64,000 bases of DNA, from positions 92,566,001-92,630,000 of the forward strand of contig NC_043002.1 of NCBI RefSeq assembly GCF_006345805.1, given 5' to 3'. Positions 1 through 11,866 of the stretch are shown piece by piece. Both the position numbers and the translations under genes were made by a program. Each line of letters starts with the position of its first letter. Position 1 is the first letter of the stretch. The notes beneath the pieces are model-generated. The model worked only from the letters and a program-made list of their open reading frames with translations, ran no database searches and had not been told where the DNA came from. This stretch comes from Octopus sinensis. Lineage: Eukaryota.

Positions 1-246
1 TGGAATATACCCTACTGTAGGCTAACATGTAGTATCCAAATAACAGCGCAAGAAATCTCAAATGCATGTTACTAGGTTTTTACCCGAATTATACTAAATA
101 TATATGTACATATCTGTGTTCTGCTTTTAAATATTCGAAATCTTCTTGTACGGGAGGAGCTAGTTTGCAACAAAGATACAAAAGTTCCATCGTTGGAATA
201 TAGATTATAAACGCAAATTCACTTTTTCAATATAAGAATATTTCTA

Positions 247-865
247 GGCAGCGAGCTGGCAAACACGTTAGCATGTCGAGCCAAATGCTTAGCGGTATTT
301 CGTCTGGCTTTACGGTCTGAGTTCAAATTCTGCCGAGGTCGACTTTGCCTTTCCTCCTTTCGGGTTCGATAAATTAAGTACCAGTTGCGTACTGGAGTCG
401 ATCTAATCGACTAGCTCCTTCTTCCAAAATTTCGGGCCTTGTGCCTAGAGTAAAAAAGAATATAGGGCGGCGAGCTGACAGAATGGTTAGCACGCCGGGC
501 GAAATGCTTAGCGGTATTTCGTCTGCCGCTACGGTCTGAGTTCAAATTCCGCCGAGGTCGACTTTGCCTTTCATCCTTTCGGGATCGATTAAATAAGTAC
601 CAGTTAAGCACTGGGGTCGATATAATCGACTTAATCCGTTTGTCTGTTTTTGTTTGTCCTCTCTGTTTAGCCCCTTGTGGGTAGTAAAGAAATAGGTATT
701 TCGTCTGTTTTTACGCTTTGAGTTGAAATTCCGCCGAGGTCGACTTTGCCTTTCATCCTTTCGGGGTCGATAAATTAAGTACCAGTAGCGTACTAGAGTC
801 AGACTAATTGAATGGTCCCCTCCCCCAAAATTTCGGGCCTTGTGCCTAGATTAGAATAGAATATA
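247..865 (+). mobile_element. Three tandem units of tRNA-derived SINE family A
   Basis: GGCGGCGAGCTGGCAGAA head, B-box GAGTTCAAATTC and central GCCTTTCATCCTTTCGGGGTCGATAAA..AGTACCAG; many other copies in the window. Confidence 0.9.
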
Positions 866-972
866 AGAATATTTCTACTGTTCCACTGACAGATTGTAAT
901 TGTAATATTCAAATTAGCTGGTTAATTTCTTTTTATCTACGTATGTATTTATATGTATGTAAGTATATGTTT

Positions 973-1253
973 CTATTGTTTATTCCTTCTCGAGCCACGC
1001 CTGGCTCATAAGGGCCGGTTTCCCGCTTTCCTTTGCGTATAGGTTCCCCACCTGGATGGAATGCCGGTCCGTCGCAAGATGCAGGAGGAAAGAGTGAGAG
1101 AAAGTTGTGGCGAAAGAGTCAGCAGAAGTTTGCCATTAACTTCTGCCGGAGCTGCGTGGAGCTTAGATGTTTCGCTCATAAACACACACATCGCCCGGTC
1201 TGAGATTCGAACCCGCGATTCGCTGCTCTAGCCACTAGGCCATGTGCCTCCAC
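973..1253 (-). mobile_element. tRNA-derived SINE family B
   Basis: Reverse complement starts GTGGAGGCACATGGCCTAGTGG with GGTTCGAATC B-box; matches the copy at 58153-58451; ATATGTTT on both flanks. Confidence 0.88.
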
Positions 1254-1656
1254 ATATGTTTATATACACTACAATATTTTGAAGAGAGTTTTACTTTTGC
1301 GATAGAATGAAAAACACATTCTAGAAATAAACGACTAGATAGAACATACTAATTCTACAGAAAGCGTAAGTTTGTGTCTAAGACGAGGGAAATGAGAATG
1401 TGCGCATCGATGAAAATTTTAGCCCTAACATCGATTCCGCGCCCACACATTCTTTCTAATCGCATATCAACCGCAAACACAGAATTTTGTACGTAACTCT
1501 TAACAGAGGAGGCTTTACTTCTGGGAATAAGGAAGTCATAATGCTTTCGTCAACTATCATAGCTGCTTCCATTTTTGCGTGTGCTTTCGTTGATATGCAT
1601 TCATACAGACGCTTATATATATGTGAGTCTATAATATATATATATATATTTTTATT

Positions 1657-1915
1657 TGTTCCTTCTCAAGCCATGCTTGGCTCAGAAGGGCCGGTTTCCT
1701 GGTTTCTTTGGCGTATAGGTTCCCCACCTGGACGGGACGCCGGTCCGTCGCAGGTAAGCTGCAAGATGCAGGAGGAAAGAGTGAGAGAAAGTTTTGGCGA
1801 AAGAGGCCGGAAGAAGTTCGCCATTTCCTTCTGCCGGAGCAGCGTGGAGCTTAGGTGTTTCACTCATAAACACACACATCACCTGGTCTGAAATTCGAAT
1901 CCGTGATCCCTCGTC
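1657..1915 (-). mobile_element. SINE family B, head truncated
   Basis: Near-identical to 973-1253 and 58153-58451. Confidence 0.85.
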
Positions 1916-1957
1916 TATAATATAGTTCTTCGCTGTCTAATAAGTCGGTCTCTAGAC

Positions 1958-2122
1958 CAGTGGTTCCCAAATTGTGGTCCACGGACCCCTGGTACTCCGC
2001 AAAGGTAGTACTAGGAGTCCGTGAGCAAGTTAAGCTGACATATTTTTCAATATCCTAGGGTTCGTAGGAAAATTCATTTAAATAAAAGGGTTCTTTGGTA
2101 GTGAAAAGGTTGGAGACCACTG
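1958..2122. mobile_element. hAT (Charlie-like) MITE
   Basis: TIRs CAGTGGTTCCCAA / TTGGAGACCACTG; 8-bp TSD CTCTAGAC / CTCTAGAT. Confidence 0.88.
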
Positions 2123-2464
2123 CTCTAGATTCTTGATCAACAAGTGCACTGAACTTAGTGTTTTTGTTTGTTAAATCCACTAGTATCACAGTAGGGTGAA
2201 TAAAGGACTGAGATGTTTATCTAGGCATCTAGTCAAGATTGATAGCCCTTAGTCTTCCAATGACCGACATCAAAACCTAAATTCTTACACATTTTTTATT
2301 TCTTTATTTCAGTATTTTTTCTTTTCTTTATTTTTTACTTTTCTTTATCTCTATATTTTTAGTTCAGTGTTTGCCCTTGAACCTTCAAACTGTATAAGAG
2401 CCAGTTTGTATTTTATAATTCAATAAATACCTGATGGTATGAACTTTAAGTGTAATGTTACGTA

Positions 2465-3090
2465 ACAGAATATTGTCAGTCGATTACATCGACCCAGTAC
2501 GCAACTGGTACTTAATTTATTAATCTTGAAAGGATTAAAGGCAAAGTCGACCTCGGAGGAATATGAACTCAGAACGTAGAGCCAGACGAAATACTTATTT
2601 CTTTACTACCCACAAGGGGCTAAACACGGAGGGGACAAACAAGGACATACAAACGGATTAAGTCGATTACATCGACCCCAGTGCGTAACTGGTACTTAAT
2701 TTATCGACCCCGAAAAGATGAAAGTCAAAGTCGACCTCGGCGGAATTTGAACTCAGAAAGTAACGGCAGACGAAATACGGCTACGCATTTCGCCCAGCGT
2801 GCTAACGTTTCCGCCAGCTCGCCGCCTTCTTCACGTAATAAATTATTATTTCTTTATTGCCCACATGGGGGATAAACATAGAGGGGACAAATAAGGACAG
2901 ACAAAGGGATTAAGTCGATTACATCGACCCCAGTGTGTAACTGGTAGTTATTTAATCGACCCCGAAAGGATGAAAGGCAAAGTCGACCTCTGCGGAATTT
3001 GAACTCAGAACGTAGCGGCAGACGAAATACCGCTTAAAATTTCGCCCGGTGTGCTAACGATTCTACCAGCTCGCCGCCTTCTTCACATAA
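2465..3090 (-). mobile_element. Tandem SINE family A units
   Basis: Reverse complement of family A, three units. Confidence 0.88.
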
Positions 3091-3229
3091 TAAAATATTG
3101 AAGCAGTTCTGATAACATTGTGTAACACGATTTTTATCCTTGGGTAGCAACTGCTATTTCTTATTTGCCTTACCGCTAGAACATATGAAAAGTGGCTACT
3201 ATCTCCTTCAAACTTTGTTTTTGTTATAT

Positions 3230-3386
3230 TTATTCAACCCCCAAAGAATCGCCCTCAACAAATGCCGATGGTCCTCTCCTGCTACCCCTGCTTATCATCA
3301 GAGATACAAGCCACTAAGGGACATGCTCAAGGGGTTAAGGTCAAGCATGTGAGAAGCAAATCTGTGTATTTGAGTAGAATATTTGC
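3230..3386 (-). mobile_element. Degenerate fragment of element D
   Basis: Similar to 13260-13435 and to the reverse complement of 54610-54790. Confidence 0.7.
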
Positions 3387-4168
3387 AATAACGATATTTC
3401 TGAAATTCAGCAATTCAGTGTTAAACCCCTCTGAAATGTAATGGAAAATAGGTCAGTTTCGAAACATTGATGTCCAGGTCACAAAAGCAAAGTATGAAGG
3501 GAATAGCAGTCATTTCCTTCGATTTCTAGATATAAGCAAATAGAAAACAACACTTACTGACCAAGCACACACACATACAAGAAAAAAGAAAAAAATTGTT
3601 GCAAAGTGTAATGAATATTTTGAAATATCACTGATATTGTTTAGTCTTGATCTTTGAAATGTGTTTTGCACTGTTCATCCATTATACCTGATTCGGCAAT
3701 GTACATTTTACATGTAACTTTTCAGAATTTAATGCTATGTGTTATATCAAGTTATTTATCATACTTAAGCACATCAAAAAGTTGCACACATATTCATATA
3801 TATCTACACCTACTTTAGTGTGTATGTATGCCTGTATGTATGTAGTACGTATGTAGTAAGTATGTATGTATGTATGTATGTATGTATGTATGTATGTATA
3901 TATGTATGCATGTATGTATGCATGTATGTATGCATGTATGTATATATGTATGTATGTATGGATGGCTGGATGTATATATGTATGCATGTATTATGTATGC
4001 ATAGTACACACACACATGCATCTTGCGGCTAATATGCATCATATTCCTTGGAATATTTTCAGGCACAAGGGCGTGTGCCAAAAGGTGCAATAGGCCGACG
4101 CTGCGAAATTTAGACTAAAAACAAGGAACACATACACAAACAGAATTTGAATTTGATTACATGTATAA

Positions 4169-4201
<33 letters not shown>

Positions 4202-4306
4202 ATGATATATATATACATATGTATAATATATTGTAATATATTAGGGAGTAAATCCCAACTTACAGGGAAAATTAGATTTAGGATTAAATCAAATTTCACA
4301 GTATAA

Positions 4307-4369
4307 ATATAAATTAAATTAGAGATAAAACCACATTTGCCTAATAGTGGTTTTATCTCTAATTTAATT

Positions 4370-4374
<5 letters not shown>
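4307..4374. repeat. Perfect inverted repeat, 28-bp arms, 12-nt loop
   Basis: ATATAAATTAAATTAGAGATAAAACCAC / GTGGTTTTATCTCTAATTTAATTTATAT. Confidence 0.95.
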
Positions 4375-4402
<28 letters not shown>

Positions 4403-5431
4403 ATATATATATATATATATGTTCGTGTGCGTCTCTGTGTCTGTGTATAAAGTTACATTTGTTGGATATTTGAAGGTCTTCGGGATATAATTTATGTATT
4501 TTTTCTACATTTATACTATAAGAATGGGTGGAGCCGCCAACATTCCAACAGCTCACTGACGCAAATTATTTCCTCAAACGATTGTCAGAGCAATTTTTTT
4601 GTCATAGTCAAGACATTGAGGCCGTTTCCCTGTCAATTCAGCCGTTTTCTACTCGGGGACGTGGATAATTTAAATACCTCTTCTATTTACCGACGGAGCC
4701 TCTGGCTACCGTTGCTTCTGGACATATTGTGATAGAATGCACCATGTACGTCTAATGCAAACATTTGCACAGATCAACAGATTAGATATTTCCTATTAAA
4801 CTATTATTGTGAAAACAGCATTGTGTCAGAAGGTTATGGTGAATTATTTATTACACCGTGGTGTAAAAACAGTAGATTCCTACAAGGCTTTCGCGTATTC
4901 TAGATCTTCTTCCAGAAATACTTGGTTGGAAAATGTAAACTCAAGCATATCGTTCGATAACATTAGGGTATTGATCTTAAATAACAATGCGTATTCCATT
5001 TAGCTCGATAAATATGACTTGCTACTTAATGCATTATATCGTTTAAGGGAGTAAATATTCCACTACGTATGTATGTGCATATATATATATATAATGTTCA
5101 TCGCCACCTAAATGTGGGTGTTCTATAAGAACAGACGATACTGCTATTTCAACGAGCTAGTCTGCTAGTGTGTGTGTGTGTGTGTGTGCTGCGTGCATGC
5201 GCATGTATGTATGTATGCCAGTATGTATGTATGCATGTATTTATGTATGTAAAGGTGAAGGCGCATGGTTCAGTGAATAGAGCGTCGGGTTTACAATCGT
5301 TTACTTTTTATTTTCAGACAAGAGGAAGACTAGAATTGGTAGCATACCATAAGAATACATTCGGCTATTTGGGAATTCTAAGGGTGAACGAGCTCTATTT
5401 GTACTCTTATACGTTCTTAACGGAACACACC

Positions 5432-5462
<31 letters not shown>

Positions 5463-5526
5463 GTGTTGGTGTGTGTGTGTATATATAATATATATATATA
5501 TATATTATTATATATATATATGGTGT

Positions 5527-5576
5527 GTCCCGATGAAAGGATATAATAGTAAATATCCTAGAAACAGCTGTAAGAC
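5527..5576 (+). ncRNA. Degenerate minimal hammerhead motif in a Penelope-like fragment
   Basis: CCGATGA (one change from CTGATGA), stem II AGGATAT/ATATCCT, GAAA, palindromic ACAGCTGT, GUA site; helix I imperfect. Confidence 0.5.
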
Positions 5577-5636
5577 CTATCCATAAATGATCTAGTATCT
5601 ACACAGCTTTGTTTTTTATCTTATTACGCAAAAAAT

Positions 5637-5689
<53 letters not shown>

Positions 5690-5694
<5 letters not shown>

Positions 5695-6075
5695 CAAATA
5701 AGAAATTTTGGAGGGAAAAATTGCGGATTCAATCGTCTATATAGATTTGGCCTTTGCTTGCTTTCTTCCACTATTCTGACGTCGCCTGCTCGGGATGTAG
5801 AGGTACGTAGCATTTGAAAAATCTATTTAAGTGGAGGGTTACGCTGATGAAAGACATGGAGTTTATATTCCTAACCTAGAAACGCGTTCGTAAATAACCA
5901 TTGGACTTTGCTTTCGTTATTTCTTCCTTCCGGTTTTGCATATGTGAATTACAAGGATATGACGTATGTGGAGTCTCACTCGTAGAAAATAGAAATAAAC
6001 AGTCTTTGACTGGTATTCAATTTTTTCAGTAATTTTTCGGTATGTGGCTAAGCAACCTGTTGCCTGCCTCTTATA
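5690..6075 (+). mobile_element. (TA)n-flanked Penelope-like terminal fragment
   Basis: Non-coding segment between two (TA)n tracts; contains a hammerhead and ends in hairpin GGC-TAA-GCAAC-CT-GTTGC-CT-GCC. Confidence 0.5.
5839..5893 (+). ncRNA. Type I minimal hammerhead ribozyme motif
   Basis: Helix I TTACG/CGTAA, core CTGATGA...GAAA, stem II AG..GGAGT/ATTCC..CT, helix III AC-GC-GT, GUU site. Confidence 0.75.
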
Positions 6076-6082
6076 TTTATAT

Positions 6083-6158
<76 letters not shown>

Positions 6159-6468
6159 TAGGAACATCAGCCATCAGCGCGAAGCAGTGATTGGGAAAAA
6201 ACGAACTTTTTGTTAGTTAAAAGATGTTTATCACATGTTTTCACTTCTAAAGATAAATTCACCGCAGTTACCGTGGAGAAAATATTCTGTTATAAGAGGT
6301 GAAAAAACACCATATCTACCCACTGCTTCCGCCTATCGGATTCCCAGATGCGCGTCACTGGCTCTCTAGCCTTCTCCAATGGAAAATACGGAAAAGAGAA
6401 AACCCTGGCTAGATTCAAAGCCGTAGTTTTAACTAAAAAACGACCAACATCAGTGACTGAGCTGAGCT

Positions 6469-6887
6469 GTCTTATGAAGAAAGGCTGAAGACGCTCGACC
6501 TTTATTCTCTCGAAAAACGACGACGCCGTGGTGATCTCATTCTCGCTCACAACATCATAAGCAGAAAGTGTAACCTCTCGAAAGAGCTGTTCTTCACTCA
6601 TGCTCTAGAGCGTGGGCTGCGGGGTCACTCCGAAAAGCTCTATCTACGAAGATTTCATCTCAATCGAAGGAGAGGGGCTTTCTCCATCCGGGTTGCAGAT
6701 CCGTGGAATAAGCTGCCGGACGAGATAGTGAAGATGCCGACGACCGCTCGGTTCAAAGTCTCTCTTGACCAGAAATGGCCTGAACTCTTTGTATGACCAC
6801 CCTCCCTGTACATAACTCCCTGTCCCCCTACGTGGCCTGCTTTTGCTTTTTGAGCCAATAAAACTTAAACTGAATTGAATTGAATTA
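6469..6887 (+). mobile_element. CR1-clade LINE 3' end, 5' truncated
   Basis: Encodes SYEERLKTLDLYSLEKRRRRGDLILAHNII...WNKLPDEIV; AATAAA and (TTGAA)n tail; close to 21955-22652. Confidence 0.9.
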
Positions 6888-7732
6888 AAGATAGCTGTAT
6901 CAGCATGAAGCAGTGATTAGAAATAAACAAACTCTAGGTGAGTGAAAATATGTCTGTGACATATTTTCACTTCTAATTCACTCCGTATATTTGAAAAATT
7001 CCCTGGGCTTCAATTAAAATTCCTTGGGCTTCCCTACTGGCCTTACTTTTCCCCATCTAAATGGTTTAGCAAAGATCTAAATAAGTTAAAGATTGATTTT
7101 GCAACGTTTGGAGAGTATCAAGATTAATACTTTTTCCCATATCCGAAAGATTCATATTCAGTAAGAGAAACCTTTCCACTGCAGTATATTGAGACAGATT
7201 TTCTATCCGAAGTAGTTTTGAAATGGTGACTATAGTACTAGTGGACTAGTAGATTATGTATATATATATATATATTTTATATATATATGCAAGAGCAAAT
7301 ATATAAATGTATATGCATACATGTACATGTATATATATTAAGGGGTGCTCTAGCATGGCCGCAGTCAAATGACTGAAACAAGCAAGAGAGTAAAAGGTAG
7401 TATATATATATATGTGTGTGTATATGAAAATATATATTTTGTTTCGAATTTGTGTGAATGTGTATAGAATAATATAACTGTTGAATAAAGTGAAAACATG
7501 GTCTGACATGTATACATAATATATATATATGCCTTTTATAATAAGAGATATGTATACATGTCACATACAAACACGCGCACACACACACACATACACACAT
7601 ACATATATATATATACGCACATATGTTCATGTGTGAATGTATAAAGTGATATACAGCGTGTATACATATACATATGCTTGTTGTTCATACACCTGTCTTC
7701 ATCTTTTGTTTTTTTTTGTGAATTCTCCTATA

Positions 7733-7771
<39 letters not shown>

Positions 7772-7948
7772 CGTGTGTGTGTGTGTGTGTGTGTTTTGTG
7801 TGTGTATACTTATTCATATATCTATGTTTATATACATATACGTATATATGACTATATGTATATAATTATACTCACACATACACACATATTGTAATTATAT
7901 ATATGCGTGTGTGTCTGTACATTACGATTATTATAATTATATATATAA

Positions 7949-8876
7949 CACGACGGGGGGACGGCGAACGCCGAGCTAAGGCATGCACCTTGAGGTTGAG
8001 ACGCTTTTGGAAAACAACTCGGGTCCGGCTACGGTTCCGGCTTAGAGGCGTTCAGCCGTTATCGCTCAGAGGAAGCCTGGCACCACCGCCCTATCGAGAG
8101 AGCGCGCAAACCGTTGCTCTGATTCCGCGGTTCCTCTCGTACTGGACGGGAGCAGCCGAGTTGACGTTGTCGGCGCCAGCCTAATGTCGGCATCCAGCGA
8201 CGGACGATGCGCGAGCCTTCTGCCGTCGCCGCGCACCGAACCCCGACGCGACTCGGGGCGCCGAACACGCGCGATGCATCGGTAGGATAAAACTAACCTG
8301 TCTCACGACGCTCTAACCCCAGCTCACGTTCTCTGTTAGTGGGTGAACAATCCAACGCTTTGCGAATTCTGCTTCGCGATGATATGAAGACCCGACATCG
8401 AAGGGTCAAAAAGCGACGTCGCTGCGAACGCTTGACCGCCACAAGCCAGTTATCCTTGTGGCATCTTTTCTGACACCTCTCGGCGGACACATAGCTCGCC
8501 GCTGTTCGGAAAGGATCGATAGGCCACGCTTTCGCGGTTCGTATTCGTACTGAAAATTGAGATCGATCGAGCTTTTGCCCTTTTGCTGGACGTGTGGTTT
8601 CCGTCCACGCTGAGCTCGCCTTGGGACACCTGCGTTATCGTTTCACAGATGTACCACCCCAGTCAAACTCCCCGACCGTCACTGTTCTCGACTAAGGGTC
8701 GCGCATTGGCTCCGACGGCGCCCGCAAAGGCGCTCGACATGCACCGCGCGCTTCGCACCAGATAATGCACCACCGCTCTGCGACGACCCGATCTCTTCTC
8801 CATTGACTGAGCGAAGAAACTACGGAAGTGGCGGTTTTTCATCGTCGCAAATGCGTGCGACACCCTGACACCAAAC
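7949..8876 (-). rRNA. 28S rRNA internal fragment (domains V-VI), dispersed orphon or pseudogene
   Basis: Reverse complement contains the sarcin-ricin loop AGTACGAGAGGAAC, GGATTGTTCACCCACTAA, CGTCGTGAGACAGGTTAGTTTTA and CTTCGATGTCGG; no other rDNA nearby; flanked by (TA)n. Confidence 0.93.
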
Positions 8877-8930
8877 ATATATATGCATATACAAATATAT
8901 ATATATATATATATATAATAATAATAAATA

Positions 8931-9223
8931 TAAGAGAGTGGTCACTATATGGCTCACTCTAGCACTAGTTAATCCAAAAGGTTTCAACCACAAAAATATA
9001 TGTTTCCCATGAAAGTCAGTACGATTGTTAGCTCACACGAACAGGGCAAATAAAAAATAACAAAAATACAGATTATTTTGTTATTTGTTATTTGTTATTT
9101 TTTATTGCCCTGTTCGTGTGAGCTAACAATCGTACTGACTTTCATGGGAAACATATATTTTTGGGGTTGAAACCTTTTGGATAACGAGTGCTAAGAGTGA
9201 GCCATATAGTGACCACTCTCTTA
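8931..9223. repeat. Near-perfect foldback, ~135-bp arms
   Basis: TAAGAGAGTGGTCACTATATGGCTCACTC...GAGTGAGCCATATAGTGACCACTCTCTTA with few mismatches or indels. Confidence 0.93.
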
Positions 9224-9366
9224 ATTTATTTTTGTATAAAATATTATAATATATTACAAAATATTATAATAATCCAGGTTCTCGGAGCACTGGGCCCCTT
9301 GGTGTTGAATAGTATGCTATTAAATTAGTATCTAATTCTCTCACCCTATTATTAATTATATATATA

Positions 9367-9409
<43 letters not shown>

Positions 9410-9679
9410 AATATATATATATATTATATAGATAGATAGATATATGATAGATAATAGATAGATAGATAGATAGATAGATAGATCGATAGATAGATAGATA
9501 GATAGAGATAGATGCGTTGCTGAAGCATGGCCGCAGTGAAATGACTGAAGCAAGTAAAAGAGTAATATATATCTATAAGTATCTGTGTGTCTATATATGA
9601 TTAATATGCTAGACCACTGGTGCTAAATTGGTGTTATCAAATTAATATTCAATTTTTCACCCTCATTTTTAATTTCAAT

Positions 9680-10095
9680 ATTAAATTAATACGGTCTCAA
9701 ACCGGCAAAAACTACTGTAGTGAATTATTTTATGCAGTATTATTTCCGGTAATTTAGCGCGCCAAAACGAAGACTTTTGAAAAGTAACCACAAGTGTAAA
9801 AGGTAGAACTACATACATGTCCGTCCTTGTGCGGCCGTCTGGTGTATAGTTCTTCAAATTATATTTGTATGGACGATCATACTGAAGATCTACGGACAAA
9901 TTGCGTAAGAAAAATTAAGTAATCTGTTCGCAGTGAAACATTGTTTATGATTAATCTATATTTTTGTTACTTTTCATTTCTCTAGCTCGCTTACGTTGTG
10001 GTGTTTGCTAAGTTTTCTAGAGAACATTTCTTAGTGTGGTAAGACTATAGCCAGATCTACTTCTAGCATTAGGTTTGTCCACATAGTGGTCATAC

Positions 10096-10099
<4 letters not shown>
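9680..10099 (+). mobile_element. Solo diverged relative of the 545-bp hammerhead repeat unit
   Basis: Collinear shared motifs AGTGAATTATT, AGCGCGCCA.AAC.AAGAC.TTTGAAA, ACGGACA, TGGTGTT.GCT, TCTAGAGAA, CTTCTAGCATT; ends in (TA)n. Confidence 0.8.
9875..9952 (+). ncRNA. Type I hammerhead ribozyme motif with long helix II
   Basis: Helix I GATCATA/TATGATT, CTGAAGA, stem II CTACGGACA/TGTTCGCAG, GAAA, helix III AC-ATT-GT, GUU site. Confidence 0.8.
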
Positions 10100-10155
<56 letters not shown>

Positions 10156-10172
10156 GTGTGTGTGTGTGTGTG

Positions 10173-10206
<34 letters not shown>

Positions 10207-10570
10207 TATAACTACATACGTACATACATACATACGCACATACATACATACGCACATACATACACATAGACATGTTTGCATGCATTTGAAAATATGAACA
10301 TTTACACCTTGTTTCCATTTTTTCTTTTTTAACACAGGTATATTGTAACATAACCATTTTTTTTTTTTCCTATTTATTTCTGCATTAATCAATCAATGAC
10401 ACAATGAATGAATGAATAAGGTTGTGAAAAAAATAGTCCATGATACGTTGTGTAGAAGTGAGATCGAAGAAGAAAGATTGAACAAAATAAACTGGGAGAA
10501 CGACACACACACACACACTCACATACACACACATACACACTCATATACATACAACATACACACACACACA

Positions 10571-10609
<39 letters not shown>

Positions 10610-10963
10610 TCACACACCACACATATATATATATATATATATATTATATATACATAATGTATATATATAATGCCATCAATACTGTTGAACAATCGTTATG
10701 TGGTTCATATTGATGTAATCCAATCATTGTATTTGTAAGCAATCGAACAGAGGACATTGTATCTGTAAATGTGACTTCAATCTGATGTTTGCATTGAATC
10801 ATAATAAATCAAATGAATGATTAACAAAACTCAGAGGAGTATATTAAAGGTTGGTTGAATACGTTGTTGTAAGAAAACAGCAATCATTTTCCTTTGTTCA
10901 ACGGTTTTCTTTTTGTATTGTCACTTTCTGATTGCAACCAGCGTTAGTCATATTAATACATTA

Positions 10964-11027
<64 letters not shown>

Positions 11028-11036
11028 ATTATTATA

Positions 11037-11591
11037 TTCAGTAGTTTTATTTTTATAGCGTCTTTCACACTTCACTACCGAGCGCAGCTCTGTGTGCCTT
11101 GGGTATGTGCTGTGGTTTGCTGTGAACCTCTTATGGTTACGGTATTGAAAATGTTCTGCGTAGGATGTGTGCAGTGCCTAGTAGTGCAATTTTCTGTATG
11201 TTATATGTGTTTGTAAGTCCTGGTGTTTTTGTTATGTATTTGTCTGAATATTTTTTATCATGCCAATGCCCCTACTATGATAAGATTGTTTCTTCTGTTT
11301 TCAGATTCCATTCTAGTTACCTCTATTTCCAGGTCTTTGTTTTTGAGAGTTTCTCCATTTCTTTTAGAGACACGTTGTCACCGCCCCCGTATTGATACAT
11401 CAATTAGAAAGCATTTTTTCCTTCATGGTCTCTGACAAACTATATCTGGTCTGTTGGCCTTAATTCTCTGTCTGTGTGTATCGGCATATCCCAGAGTATG
11501 GTTGCTTTCTCGTTTTCTGTGACCTTTTCTGGTGTGTGCCTATACCACTCTTTTTTCCTGTTGTTATTCCTAATGTTTGCATAGCTTCCAA
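11037..11591 (-). mobile_element. R4/Dong-clade non-LTR retrotransposon 3' end (restriction-like endonuclease domain), degenerate
   Basis: Frameshifted translation WYRHTPEKVTENEKATILWDMPIHTD..ANRPDI..CFLIDVSI..EKLSK..DLEIEVTRM..IQKIALLGTAHILR; flanked by (TAA)n. Confidence 0.85.
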
Positions 11592-11653
11592 TGTATGATT
11601 ATTATTTATTATTATGATTATATTATTATTATTATTATTATTATTTTATATTA

Positions 11654-11804
11654 TTGAGTGAGAGAGCAGTGCATGCCATCCAAGAGACACTAGGGTAAAA
11701 TATATGAAGCCCAGTATACCTATCATGACGACTACCGTCTGATAAGGGTAAACTAGGCCGCATACATCAGGGCATTTACCTGGTACTGCTGCATCAGGTC
11801 ATTT
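11654..11804 (-). mobile_element. Internally deleted mini copy of element D
   Basis: Carries both termini of element D joined at TGCATCA-like microhomology. Confidence 0.8.
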
Positions 11805-11816
11805 ATTATTATTGTA

Positions 11817-11865
<49 letters not shown>

Positions 11866-11866
11866 G

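Noticed and set aside
8313-8325. 13-mer GAGCTGGGGTTAG shared by the 28S fragment and the array unit
   Set aside because: Same sense as the rRNA rather than antisense, a single short match, and absent from the solo homologue; probably chance.
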